Positions 40,785 through 53,846 of a DNA stretch of 64,000 nt are shown here, one piece after another. The stretch is from Octopus vulgaris (Eukaryota): positions 10,664,001-10,728,000 of the forward strand of contig OX597835.1 of the NCBI GenBank assembly GCA_951406725.2, given 5' to 3'. The notes below the pieces were generated by a model, which was not told where the DNA came from, did no database searches, and saw only the letters and a list, made by a program, of their open reading frames with translations. The translations under genes and the position numbers were made by a program. Every line of letters begins with the position of its first letter. The stretch's first letter is position 1.

Positions 40785-41573
40785 ACAGAGCAGTCGATGT
40801 GATTGTTGGAGTCGACCAACGGCTGGAGTTGCATTTAACTGGTTTGACGTTCATTGTATTGATTTTATATGTGATCGATCAATGACATCGATTCAAACAG
40901 GCATCAATTCCTCTGTCAGTTTGAAATGGATGGATGGAGGAGGAAGTTGAGAGGGGGAGGGGGTGTGGATGGAAGGATCTCTGTAGATTTCAATGGTGAT
41001 GATTCAGTTGTTTGAACTCGACTCAATTACCTGCCCCTTGGATTAACAGTGAAATTGAGTGAGTCATCCACAGACGTGTACTTTTAATGTGATTCTCAGA
41101 CAGAAACAATATCACATGACCCAATGTGTGTGTGTGTGTGTGTGTGTGTGTGACAAGGGTGTATCTTTCGACTTACATGCAAAACCCACCTGGTAGGCTT
41201 CTGAACAGTTTCCCCCCTACCCAGTTTCGCTAACAAGATATGGAGTGACTTGATGTTACAGACATTAACTTTATTCATTGACCCCCAGAGGGTAAAAAGC
41301 AAAGCTGATCCTGATTGAATTTGAACTCAGAATACAAGGCACCAGAAGAAACACTACAAAGTATTTCATTCAATACTCTTATGGCTCTACCATTTTGATA
41401 CTTCAGGACTTTCCACTTATGACCATCCTGTCTATTGAAGGCCACACTATCATGTGTGGCCTTCCCTTAGCTAATGATGTTAGGAGTGATTTGAGAGATT
41501 TGGCTGCTATTTCAAATGGGTTGAGCTACAACATAAAGTACTTCCAGTTTGGTTGGTCCACAAATTTGCAGTA

Positions 41574-41587
41574 GTTGCCATAGAAAC
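41574..41587. promoter_or_regulatory. RFX X-box-like motif GTTGCCATAGAAAC
   Basis: Consensus match only. Confidence 0.3.
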
Positions 41588-41963
41588 AACATGGGTGTAG
41601 TGGTTGTGGTGGTGGTAGTAGTAGTAGTAGTAGTGGTGGTGGTGCTGGTGGTATTGGGAGTGAAACGATGATGTTTGTGATGATGATGATGATGATGGTG
41701 GAGATAGTGCTCATAGTGGTGATGTTGATGGTGATGGTGATTGTGGTGGTGGTAGTGGTGGTGGTGACGTGAATTTTTTTTATGAGGAGGGAGGGTGGGG
41801 AACGGTGGGTGTCAGTCGATGTTTGGACACTTTCGAAGGAGGTGTAAGGTAGATTCCCCCCACCTCCCTACCCCCCACGCCCACCCACCCACACCGACTA
41901 ATAACAGCTTTTCTTGGTCTACATATATCTGTAATGGCATGAAGAGATGATGGCGATGATGAC

Positions 41964-42003
<40 letters not shown>

Positions 42004-42068
42004 CCATATATGGATGTTACTGATAATGTTGGCGGAAGTGACGACAATAATTCCTATGATGCTGTTGG

Positions 42069-42114
<46 letters not shown>

Positions 42115-42148
42115 ATGATGCTGTAGTCTTTCTTATCTTGCACTTTAA

Positions 42149-42186
<38 letters not shown>

Positions 42187-43290
42187 AAGAAATATGCACA
42201 TACATGCAAATGTGTGTGTGTGTGTGTGCGCATATGCACACACATGTATGCGTATTTCTGCTTTGCTTATCATTGCTTAGAGATTAAGCGTTGCTTTTTG
42301 TTTTATTTTTTTCTTTATTGGTTGTGGTGGTGGTGGGGGTGATGGGGGTGGGAGGTGGCGTTCTTTCACCTTTTATTCTCCTTCTTTCTCTCCCCCCCCT
42401 TCTCTCCCTCCACCCTTTCACAAAAGAAACAGACGCTAACTCCACCACCACCACCACCACCACCACCCTATTCAACAAGGAAGTCTCAACTAGGTCAGTT
42501 GAGATGCTAGAAATAGCAGGCATCTTTTGGTTTGTTTTTTTTTTGGGGGGGGTTTCACATCTTAACATAAAGAAAGAAAGAAAGAAAGAAACGAAATGAA
42601 AAAAGAAAGCTGTTTATTGATGTAGTCCAAGATACACTGGGCACACACTGACACACACACACACACACACACTCACACACACACATGAAAGAAACAAAGA
42701 AAAGAATAAACGAAAGGACAGGTTGGTCATATTGGGCAGCGCCTTTGATCATCGGTCTGCTGGATCAGTGCCTGCCTTGGGTTAAACAACAACAACGACA
42801 GCAACAACAACAACAACATTACTCATGTATTTACCTTCCAGCTACTTTCCCTACCTATTTGTTGGTTCACCTTCGCATCCCTCCCATCCATCCATCTCCC
42901 CCCCTCTCTCTCCCTCTCTCTCGTCCCACCTTTCTACTGTTCTACCTTTTCATTCATTACACCTCTCTTGCTCTCTCTCTTTCTCTCTCTCTCTTTCCAA
43001 CCCTCCTCTAAATTTCTGCTAACCTAACCACCCTCCCCCACCTCCTTCCTCACCCCTCACCTCTGCCCCCACCCCCACCCTTCATCCATTCTCTTATTAT
43101 TCTCAGCCAATTAGTTTCCACCATCTTTATTCTGTCAGTACCTTGCTGCTGGCCTCAGCGAAATTTAGAAGAATCTTTCTTGATCATCAGATCATACCTG
43201 GCCTTAATCACCTCTCTCTCTCTCATCCCAGCCCTCAGGCTCCCTGTCACTCATTAGTATGGTTCATATCATCATCATCGCCATCATCAC

Positions 43291-43321
<31 letters not shown>

Positions 43322-44115
43322 GAACGAGAGAGCAGCACACGCCATCAAAGTGACACTAGGGTACAAATATACAAAGCCTAATCTACCCATCATGACTACC
43401 CATCTGATAAGGCTACACCAGATACATGCATCACAACTATACATGACCCGATGAAGGCGGTGAGCTGGCAGAACCATTAGCACGCCGGGCGAAATGCGTA
43501 GCTGTATTTCGTCTGCCGGTACGCTCTGAGTTCAAATTCCACCGAGGTCGACTTTGCCTTTCATCCTTTCGGGGTCGATAAATAAAGTACCAGTTACACA
43601 CTGGGGTCGATGTAATCGACTTAATCCCTTTGTCTGTCCTTGTTTGTCCCCTCTATGTTTAGCCCCTTGAGGGCAGTAAAGAAATATATACATGAACGAT
43701 GTGACAATCTCATATCAAGATAAACAGCACATGACCTATCAGGTGGGTCCCAGTTAAAATTTTCTTCAGGTTGAGTAGTCCATCCTGCTCAAAAGATCTC
43801 TGAATAAGGGTTGTTTAAGGATGATGAATAAAACACCTATGTTTCCAAATGTGAATTATTCAAACCTCAAAGAATTCCTCTTGATGCATGGCTATAATGT
43901 TCCCCTACTACTTCTGCTCATAATCAGAGATGCACATATCGTCAGCCACTAAGGGACATGCTCAACTGATTTAAGGTCAAATCTGTGGGACTGAGCACAA
44001 TATTTGCTGTCGACCATCTTTTATACCACGACAAAACAATGTACATGATAGCACTGCCAATCAGTGAAGATCAGAAGCCATGAGAGCCACTGCCTGGTAC
44101 TGCATCAGGGCATTT
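43322..44115 (-). mobile_element. Non-coding (TAA)n-embedded element interrupted by a SINE
   Basis: Flanked by (TTA)n on both sides; truncated copy at 29840-30071. Confidence 0.75.
43454..43686 (+). mobile_element. Full-length SINE family C (tRNA-like head plus Nin/Deu-like domain)
   Basis: aaggcggtgagctggcagaa...gagttcaaattcc...gtcgactttgcctttcatcctttcggggtcgataaa..agtaccag; imperfect TSD tatacatga..cgatg. Confidence 0.9.
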
Positions 44116-44197
44116 ATTATTATTATTATTGTTGTTGTTGTTGTTGTTGTTATATTGCTGGGTATGATTCAAAGTCTCAGCTGTCCATAGCCAGCAG

Positions 44198-44234
<37 letters not shown>

Positions 44235-44235
<1 letters not shown>

Positions 44236-44769
44236 CTTTTTTTTCTTCTTCTTTCAAATTTGCTTCCATTTCTTGCCGAGTGTCTTCCCGACTCCTAGGG
44301 CAAAGAAACTCATAGTATACATTGGTAGGCCATTAAACTAAACTCACTAGTTCGTTCATTTAAAAAAAATTTTTAAGTTAAATTAAAATACATGGTTAGT
44401 AATAGTTCTCACATCGATAATGCTCTTCTCAATACGTGTGATGTACCAGTTACGACAATCTTTTGCACTTCTTGCAGGGATGGTAAGCCAGGGATCATTC
44501 TCATATAATTTTCGGTTCCCTTCTTGATCATTCCTAGTGCTCCTACGATCACTGGTATTGTAACCGCCTTGAGATGCCACATTTTCTCAATTTCAATGAG
44601 TAGGTCTTTATATTTTCTGAGCTTGTCAAACTCTTTCGCCGAGATATTATGATCACAGGGGATGCTCATGTCGATCAATAAGCAAACTTTATTGTTTTTG
44701 GTCTTTCACAACAATATCCGGTTTATTGGCTTTGATGGTTCGGTCTGTATGTACTGGAAACCCCACAGA

Positions 44770-44770
<1 letters not shown>
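44235..44770 (-). mobile_element. 5'-truncated R4/Dong-like non-LTR retrotransposon (RLE endonuclease C-terminus and 3'UTR)
   Basis: ILWGF/PVHTDRTIKANKPDIVVKDQ/..VCLLIDMSIPCDHNISAKEFDKLRKYKDL...TIPVIVGALGMIKK...VLRRALSM* has the PD..D RLE signature; (TAA)n at both ends. Confidence 0.9.
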
Positions 44771-44829
<59 letters not shown>

Positions 44830-45135
44830 GAAGTCACACAGTATACAATATCATGAGGTTGTTGATTGAAGATATTGTGTCTGTTGGTGGGGTTTGTACT
44901 GTTTGTCAAGTCACAACAAGGACCTCAGACAGACAGTACTTTACGCAATATGTGTGCAGTTCCAAGTAATGCCGACTTTTGCATTACACCGATATTGTAG
45001 GATATTCCTAAAGTTTCCAGAAGTTTCTTCAGCTTGGAAGGTATTGAACCCAATGCTCCGATGACAATAGGGATAACCTTTTATGTTCAACTCTCGCAGC
45101 TGCCACATCTTGGCAATCTCATTTCTCAGGTATCC
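44830..45135 (-). mobile_element. Second, divergent RLE-type non-LTR 3' end
   Basis: YLRNEIAKMWQLRELNI/VIPIVIGALGSIPSKLKKLLETLGISYNIGVMQKSALLGTAHILRKVLSV*, then a 3'UTR and (TAA)n tail. Confidence 0.85.
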
Positions 45136-45714
45136 ATTGTTATTATCATGTGTCCTTTGCTCACAGCAGGTAATTTATTTGAGCCTTTGCCAGGTGAGAT
45201 TCTCGAAACCTCATTATTTAATTGTTTTGATAATCACCACATACCCTTGAGCGGGTTTTTTGTCCATCATTTATCCACCATTGTTGTCATTCATTGTTCA
45301 CCATTCATCATTTTTGTGAATGCTGTTACTTTCTTCCCTTCTCGCATAGAATACCACAATGCGCTACAATCAAATCACCACACTACAATATACCTACGCT
45401 ACAGCCAACACACTGTAACATATCACCAACACACCATGCCATACTACAACCAATACTCGAACATCTAGAAGCAACAGTCAAATCCCCGTCAAATCATGGT
45501 GTGTTGTCTTCATAAAGACATAGGGTGATGGAGTTTTACACTGCCTGTACATAAGAAAGCAGACAGGATGGTCATGGTAGGGATGCTTTTGATCATTAGT
45601 CTCCTCATCAGAGCTGACCTGTGGCTAAACAACAACAACAAGGTACTATGATATATATATACTGTAACACTCCAAACATGACCACATCACAAAACATGTA
45701 AGGTAACTGAAAAC

Positions 45715-46314
45715 TGACACACCAAAAGTGACCCCACCCTAGTATACCCTGGATGACTGCACCCCCAACACACACTACAATGCATTACAAGTCTTTACAC
45801 CATTTGTTATTTGCACCTTGTGACCATCATCGAGGTCTGTCTGTCTGTTTGTCCCTCTATTCTTTCTCCTCTTGCACTATACTGCAATACAGTGCAACAC
45901 ACCAATTTCAAATTTTGGCACGGTGCCTGCAATTTCAAGGGAGTTGGGTAAGTCTGTCATATCGACCCCAGTGTACAACTGGTATCTATTGACCCCATAT
46001 ATAAGGCGGCGAGCTGGCAGAAACGTTAGCACACCGGGCGAGGTGCTTAGCGGTATTTTGTCTGCCGTTACGTTGTGAGTTCAAATTCCGCAGAGGTCAC
46101 ACTTACCCAACTCCCTTGAAACTGCAGGCATTGTGCCAAAATTTGAAATTGGTGTGTTGCACTGTATTGCAGTATAGTGCAAGAGGAGAAAGAATAGAGG
46201 GACAAACAAAAGGTGCAAATAACAAATGGTGTAACGACTTGTAATGCATTGGAGTGAGTGTTGGGAGTGCAGTCATTCAGGGTACACTAGGGTGTGGTCA
46301 CTTTCGGTGCGTCA
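45715..46314. repeat. Long inverted repeat (arms 45715-45953 and 46101-46314; 147-nt spacer)
   Basis: The arms are reverse complements apart from scattered substitutions and one 25-nt indel. Confidence 0.92.
46003..46098 (+). mobile_element. SINE family C 5' head only
   Basis: aaggcggcgagctggcagaaacgttagcac...gagttcaaattccgcagaggtc. Confidence 0.9.
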
Positions 46315-46539
46315 TTATCTTGCACCACATTATGCAACACTGCACCATACACCACAATATGTTGTGCAATTGTGCAAGTGCCTATTGATTTTCATTACGT
46401 GTACAAAAGAAACGAAACTCGTACCAATTTGGTGACATTTCCGGCTGCAACATGCACATGCATAGGTGCACGCGTATAAGCGCAGATGCAGATGCAACAA
46501 GGTAGCTTTGTGACAATGCATTCACATATACACACACAC

Positions 46540-46637
46540 AGAGTCACACATACACATTCTCTTTCTCACACATACATACACATACACACACACATACACA
46601 CACACATACACACACATACACACACATACACATACAC

Positions 46638-46668
<31 letters not shown>

Positions 46669-46935
46669 TACACACACACATACACACACATACACACACA
46701 CACACACACACACATACACGCACACACATACACACACATACACACACACATACACGCACACATACACACACACACACACATACACACACACATACACGCA
46801 CACATACACACACACATACACATACACACATACACACACATACACACACATACACACACACACGCATACACACACGCATACACACACACATACACGCACA
46901 CATACATACACACACACACGCATACATACACGCAC
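46540..46935. repeat. (CA)n/(CACATA)n microsatellite
   Basis: Directly visible. Confidence 0.95.
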
Positions 46936-47027
46936 GCAATGCTGTTAAGTCAAAAATCTTTGTTCTCTTTCTGTTCTGCGAATCTGTTTTTTTTTTCTTT
47001 TTTATTTTCTTTCTCGACAAATATCAG

Positions 47028-47051
47028 ACATTGAATATAATGAGAGAGGGG
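47028..47051 (+). CDS. Candidate 24-nt microexon (phase 1-1), DIEYNERG
   Basis: Very strong AG-free pyrimidine tract containing TGC (46959-47027), atatcag|ACATTG ... AGAGGGG|gtgggg. Donor only moderate. Confidence 0.3.
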
Positions 47052-47462
47052 GTGGGGGTGGGGATGGGGGGGGGAGATGAGTAGATGGACAGATAGAGGG
47101 AGGTGTGGGAGGGGGAGAGAAGAAGGAGGCTAGAAAAGAAAAGGGAAGAGTGAAAGAGACAAGCGCGAGAGTGAAGGAGAGTGAAAGAAAGAGAAAAGGA
47201 GAGAGAGAGAGAGAGAAAAAGAGCAAAAGCAGGAGAGATATGTATACAGAGAACAGAGAAATAGAGAGAGAAGCTCGTTGCGTGCTTGTGTATATATATA
47301 TATATATTTATATATATACACACATATACATATATATATATATATATATTTGTATATATATGCATATATATGTGTATATATTTGTATATATATGTATATA
47401 TATATGTATATATTTGTATATATATGTAAATGTATGTATATATGTATATTTATATATATTTA

Positions 47463-47523
<61 letters not shown>

Positions 47524-47544
47524 GTACATATGTATATATATATA

Positions 47545-47583
<39 letters not shown>

Positions 47584-47620
47584 TTATATGTATATTTATT
47601 TATAGAAAAGCATATGTATA

Positions 47621-47660
<40 letters not shown>

Positions 47661-47953
47661 TATATATATTTATATATATGCTTATATATATAGAGAGAGA
47701 GAGAAAGAGAGAGAAAGATGTGCTACCAAATGTTGTTTCCGCACCCGCTTCTCTCATTCACCCCCCATCCCCTCCCCTGAGGGAAATCAATGCAACAAAA
47801 GTGAAAACTCCACACTGAAAAGAATAACAACAACAACAACAGTGACGATGATGATGATGATGATGCTAGTGATGATGATGATGACGATGAAGACATAAAA
47901 GTAAGCAAGTGCAACTGCTTTGATGCGGATGCAACTTTTGATGCAAGCCTGGT

Positions 47954-47986
<33 letters not shown>

Positions 47987-48737
47987 CACTGATCTCCGAA
48001 CACCTTTGTGTTGACACCAGGTTTAATTCTGTAAATCAGAGATCATCTCTTCTCTCAGCTAAACACGTGTGAAGTACCAACCAGTAGGGCGGCGGCGGTG
48101 GTGGTGATGGTGGTGGTGGCGGGAGGGTGGAGCAGGTGGTGGGAAGTTTATTTCTAAACTGCGTGGTTCGAGGTTCGATCTCGCCGTGTTATACTTGGGG
48201 GTGGTGGTGAGTGGATTGGGGGTGGGGGTGGGGGAAGGAAGTGTCTTCTGGCTAAGCCCTTGGTGGGGCCGAACAAAAGTTTTTTAGGATTCAAGACTTT
48301 GGTGACTGGTAACTGTGTGAAAGCCGTTTGTGTGTGTGTGTGTGTTGTATGTGTGTGTGTGTGTATGCATTTCTGTTTGTTTTTCTCGCTGCCTGGCATG
48401 TTAGAATTGGTTGCAGGAGATTTTTTTTTTCCAAGACATTTCTAGTTCTATCAATTTCTAAAGATCTTCACAGATGAAGGTTTTGCTTTCAGAATGGTAA
48501 ATAAATCCTGAATGTTGCTTATATCTCCGAGGGGCCAATACCAGGCAAGTGATTTGATCTAAGACCATGTGTTCGAATCATAACAGTTGCAGCATGGAAG
48601 ACACAAGTTAGCCATCCAAAAACAAATAATAAACATTTAAATGAAGTTAACAGTGTTTCTCTGTTATTTGGTATCAAAAGTTTGATCACACAAACTACAA
48701 CCTTGTCATGGGCAAGATTTCATTTCACTTCAGATAT

Positions 48738-48965
48738 TTAACCCTTTAGTGTTCAGATTATTCAATCAAACATAATGCCTATTGATTCCCATTGATTTGA
48801 ATTAATCATGCATTATCTCATATCTTCAAGATCTTGATGGTGTAATTACTTAATGTAGAATAACATTGTAGGGTAGGTGTGAGAGCCTGGATCTGGCCAG
48901 TTTGAACATAAAATAGGTAGAATACTTTTGGCTGGATATGGCCGGTTTAAATACTAAAGGGTTAA
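48738..48965. mobile_element. piggyBac-type MITE
   Basis: TTAA|CCCTTTAGT ... ACTAAAGGG|TTAA; similar to 7974-8197. Confidence 0.85.
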
Positions 48966-49129
48966 GTGAAGTTAACAGTCTTTGTGTGTGTTTCCAAATG
49001 GCTAATATGCATCTTCTATGTTGCAATCGTACCACTTTCAACAAATCTTTGAATTGTACTTCCTGTGCCATTTGTACAAGACTGATTACTAATTTTCATT
49101 CTTTATCCTTTAGTCTTTATTCACAACAT

Positions 49130-49950
49130 TTGGATACAATTCCTCGCAAATCCTAATTTCTTATTGCTTACATAACAAAATTTTCCAGAATGCTTTCCTG
49201 GATATTGTAATTAACTAACTCACAGTCTTCTAAGATAATAATGATATTCTTTAAAATGGAAATAATTCCCTAATCTGTAGTAAAGTTAGGTTTGGCAGAA
49301 TGGGAATTACTTCAAACGGAGACAAATTTGGAGTTAATCAAGATTTGCTGTCCAAAAGCAGAACTGCCTTTGGCTTGGAGTTCTCACAGCAATATTTGCC
49401 AGCATCATAGAAATGTTCATTGAACCATTCTATAAACAATTCCATTGTAATCCAAACTTATCTGTAAGACATCTATATGACAGAGATGCCTTTCATTGCT
49501 CTTGGAGTATCGGAATGGTAAACTAGCCATGGTTTAAGTTTCAAATCTCCAGTGGCATTCGATTCTAATAAGAACAGAAAGTGATCTGGTGGCTACCTCT
49601 TTGGAAATAGAACTCTGTAGAGGTTAAATATTTCCAAAATAATCCAGAGTTCTTTACAATAACGGCTACATTTGTTGGATGTTTATCTCTTTCTCTAAAA
49701 TTCTTCAAAAAATGTGTTGGAAACTCCAATAGATCTTCTATGTTGCGACTTGTTAATTCTCCTGACACCCCAACATCATAGAGACTAAATGATTTCTTGA
49801 ACTTTCTATACTGACCACAAGAAGCAACAAGCACTTGAGCAAGTCCCTCAGTTTCATTGTTTCAATTGATTAAACTAATCTAATGACCTTTTGCTGGACA
49901 ATGGCTTGGAAGAGTAACAAGTGATGCAGTGTCTCAGCATCCACTCAAGC
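49130..49950 (-). pseudogene. Decayed pogo/Tigger transposase (CENP-B HTH to DDE_1)
   Basis: Interrupted translation ASCGQYRKFKK..VSGE..SGLFWK..SNATGDLKLKPWLVYHSDTPRAMK..VWITMELFIEWFNEHF..KAVLLLD follows the Tigger motifs. Confidence 0.85.
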
Positions 49951-50879
49951 AGTTGGTTGTGATGACAATAATGACAATGATGATGATGATGATGATGATG
50001 ATAGTAGTGTTCACATCAATGGTGATAATGACGACGATGATGATGATGGTGATGGTGACAGTGATGATTGATGGTGGTTGTGATTGTGATGGTGAGTCAA
50101 GAAGATGATGATGATAAAGGGAATTGTTATTATTGTTTAGCCCCAGGCCAGCCTGGATCCAGTAGAGCCATGATGAAAGACATTCCAGTTTTTTTTTTAA
50201 ATGCAGGATCAGTTTTGTTTTGTTGTTGTTGTCGTTTAGTATCATGCCAGCTCTGATTGGTTAGAATTGTGATTAAAGGCATGTCCATCCATGGCCATCC
50301 TGTGTTTGAGGGGTGTCTAGTGTTACATCATCTAATGTGTCCCTTCTTCTTTTTTCATAAACAGTTAAGTGTATTGTGAGGAAGATTTTTGGCTGCTATA
50401 TCTAGCAGTTAAAGCAGCTCAGTTCAGTCGTTGCAACAACAACAACATCAACAACAACAGCATAAAACATTCATGTGAATCCTCTTTGTTACAAAAATAG
50501 CAACGTTTCATTTGAAAGCTGTTGTTGCTCTCTCTTGCATTTATAATGGCAGAGAAATTGAATTTTTAATTGTTAAATATTTTAAAAAAATTCCCCCCCT
50601 CTTCACTAATTCCAGCCAAAACAGATTTCCAAATTCTCTCCATCATTTTCTCCCCACTCCTCCCGCCATCTGTGCAGAAAGAAATGCTAAAATTCCTCAT
50701 TTTTCCTTATTGCTTCCTACCAAAATCATGGCGGGCTTTATAATTTTTTCCCTTTTTATTTTGATCGTTTATGGAATTAATTACATTTTTCTATCAAGTA
50801 ATCAGAATTTTCCAAAGTAATTAACCATCTTTTGTATTTCTAATTTTTGAACTGCTTTTTAATTGGTTATTTTCTTTGA

Positions 50880-51575
50880 TCCCACTCTCAGTCAAGAACC
50901 TTTATTTCCATCATAAGGAATCGGTGTCGTTCATTACAGTTCTACAGCGACACAGGGAACAATTCCACCAAATTCCTACCACTTATACATCATTAAGAAC
51001 CCCTCTCACCCCGCTTAGCTCTTGCACTCAACACATCACGGACTATACAAGTCCTGCTGCTATCAAACTATTTATTCCTCTATTTTCAGGAATTGAAATG
51101 CCGATTCTTAGAAGCAAGAAAACAATCATTTTTAGAACATCTGCTCTCTCTTTCTTAACTCTACTCACATTCCGAATGGATGATCTTCTAAAACTTTGGT
51201 TGTGTTTAATTATCTTTTGTCTCCTGTTGTTCTATTTTTACCCCCTTCATTAACATTCTATAATTGTATAACTTTTGTGCCTGAGCCGAATTGTACTACA
51301 TTTCAAAGCATGTACCTGTGATCATTCACCTGCATGTAATTATACAGGGTACCGTGCTGGGGTACCTTGTTACAATATAGAGTTTAAAGTACTTTTTAAT
51401 TTTCTACTATTTCATTTTGTTACAGTGCAGCTCTGCATGTGTCTTGTGGAAACTCAGAGTAACAGGTTTTGTTGAATTTTCTGCTGCTTTAAATAAAGCA
51501 TATTACCCTGCCTCTGATATTTGAGTACTCTTTTTTTCCACCTTGTTTCACATTTATGTGTTTACTCCGGTATAT
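50880..51575 (+). mobile_element. Possible Penelope-like 3' end/pLTR relic
   Basis: AT-rich tail with gaaactcagagtaac and a ...gagtactc...tgtttactccgg end abutting (TA)n; a similar segment lies at 35440-35560. No clear protein motif. Confidence 0.35.
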
Positions 51576-51822
51576 ATATATATATAATATATATATATAT
51601 ATTGGTGGCTAATGGCTTTTACCAGACTGACTCAACCAATATGTACTATATGCAAATAGGGTTTTTAGTTAGGAATATATAAAGATTGGGTTCCATTTCC
51701 ATGACCTCATAGCTTTTTGAACACTTCATAACATAATGTATATTCCCTCACAGTTGTACCAATTTACATTATATAACCCAAACTGTACAAAATATGATAT
51801 AATATAATATTGTAATACTGTA

Positions 51823-51894
<72 letters not shown>

Positions 51895-51915
51895 ATATGT
51901 ATATATATATATATA

Positions 51916-52100
51916 GTTGAAATTTACAGAAAAACAAAAGACGAAGACAGGTGTATGAACAACAAGCAGGCAGTTTAGTTTGATGCTCGGAAAGGTAAAA
52001 AAGTCATTTATGTTTCGAGCCTATGCTCTTCAAAAGAGAGGAACACGAGAGAATAAACAGAGCGAGAATAAAAAAACTTGTGGAGTTAGCGGTCAATCAT
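51916..52100 (-). mobile_element. (TA)n-embedded repeat with hammerhead-like motif (Penelope pLTR-like)
   Basis: Similar to 53668-53846; minus strand TTGAAGAGCATAGGCTCGAAAC. Confidence 0.6.
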
Positions 52101-52402
52101 ATATATATATGTGTGGTTGTGTGTGTGTAGATATATAGAATTTTTTCTCTGACCATATGTTATAGTAATATCTACAGTTCATAGCTCCATGCTTCTCCCT
52201 CATACTACAATGTCCAGTTTGTTTGTTTGTGCTGCGGTCTAATAACAGTGTCCAATTTGTATCACATTGCCCCTCTCTCTTAACACAGTGTCCTGTTGAT
52301 GTTTCTCTATGTCTCCTTCATAACACAGTGTCCAGTCCATATTATTGCGCTCTTTCCTTATCCAAACTCATTGGTGCAGTCACTGAATTACATTCCATGG
52401 GA

Positions 52403-52620
52403 TTACTCTTTACTCTTTACTCTTTTACTCTTTTACTTGTTTCAGTCATTTGACTGCGGCCATGCTGGAGCACCGCCTTTAGTCGAGCAAATCGACCCCG
52501 GGACTTATTCTTTGTAAGCCCAGTACTTATTCTATCGGTCTCTTTTGCCGAACCACTAAGTGACGGGGATGTAAACACACCAGCATCGGTTGTCAAGCAA
52601 TGCTAGGGGGACAAACACGT

Positions 52621-52672
<52 letters not shown>

Positions 52673-52835
52673 GACAGGCTTCTTTCAGTTTCCGTCTACC
52701 AAATCCACTCGCAAGGCATTGGTCGGCCTGAGGCTATAGCAGAAGACACTTGCCCAAGATGTCACGCAGTGGGACTGAACCCGGAACCATGTGGTTGGTT
52801 AGCAAGCTACTTACCACACAGCCACTCCTGCGCCT
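52403..52835 (-). mobile_element. Full-length SINE family A
   Basis: Nearly identical to 11297-11706. Confidence 0.92.
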
Positions 52836-53667
52836 CGGTTTAATCGGTTTCTCCCAATGACTTCAGTTTTCTTCTTATTTGATCTCCATAACTTTGGGAG
52901 GTGAATGTTGATACCAGTTTAAAGCTGGTATTAATTTTTGTGGGGTGGGGTGGTGTGAAGATACATCGATAATTTATTTGTTCGTTTCCATAGCTCACAT
53001 CGCAGAAGATTCCAGAAGCATAATAATGATAAAGTATTTTGTAGTTCTCATTATTTAAATTTTGGTGATTTTGGTATTTTTGATAAAAAAAAACCCTATT
53101 TACTATATTCACGTCTGCCCTGTCTTTAACCATTTATTCCTCTCCTCTCACACTCTTGTGAACTTAAACACCTACTCTTCCCAATCTTCTGTCTCTATTT
53201 TCTCTCTACTCACTTTCTTGTTCCTTGAGGGTGTACTCTGACATCTCACCAGTGCCATCTTTACCTCTTTTTCCAGTTACTCCCATCCACTCTTATCTAA
53301 TGCAGGATAGCCTGCAAAACTCCTGTTCCGGTCCCACTCAACACTGGTCATAAAACCCACCTCTCTCTCCACTACGACCCTGTTCATTCACAGGGTCTTG
53401 CAAGCTACTTGGCTACCTCACTAGTGCTGGTACCACAGAACTTGGACCCAGTACTCTCTCTAATGTGGTTGGTATAAGGCAGTGTCTCTTAACGTTTTTA
53501 CCCTTGTGTAACCCTTAAAATAAATTACATGTCTCAAGGAACCCCTGCACAAAAAGAAAAAAATTATATATCATGTCTTTCTCATATTTTTTCATCATAA
53601 TTCACATGGTAAATATATATATATATCATCGTTAAATAACGATGATGATGATGATATATATATATAG

Positions 53668-53846
53668 GGAAAGTTTACCAAAAAAGCAAGACAAAGACAG
53701 GTGGTGTACAAAACAAACAGATGTATTAGTATAACGCTCAGGAATAGAAAAAGTCTTTTACGTTTCGAGCCTATGCTCGTCTACAGAAAGGGACACAGAA
53801 AAAACCAAGGAGAGAAAAAAATGTGTGTAGTGGCTAATGATCTATC
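53668..53846 (-). mobile_element. (TA)n-embedded repeat with hammerhead-like motif
   Basis: Minus strand CTTT-CTGTAGAC-GAGCATAGGCTC-GAAACGTA-AAAG. Confidence 0.6.

Noticed and set aside
44060-44112. Faint U2 snRNA-like words (aagatca, cctggtactgca)
   Set aside because: Too short and out of spacing; part of a dispersed repeat.
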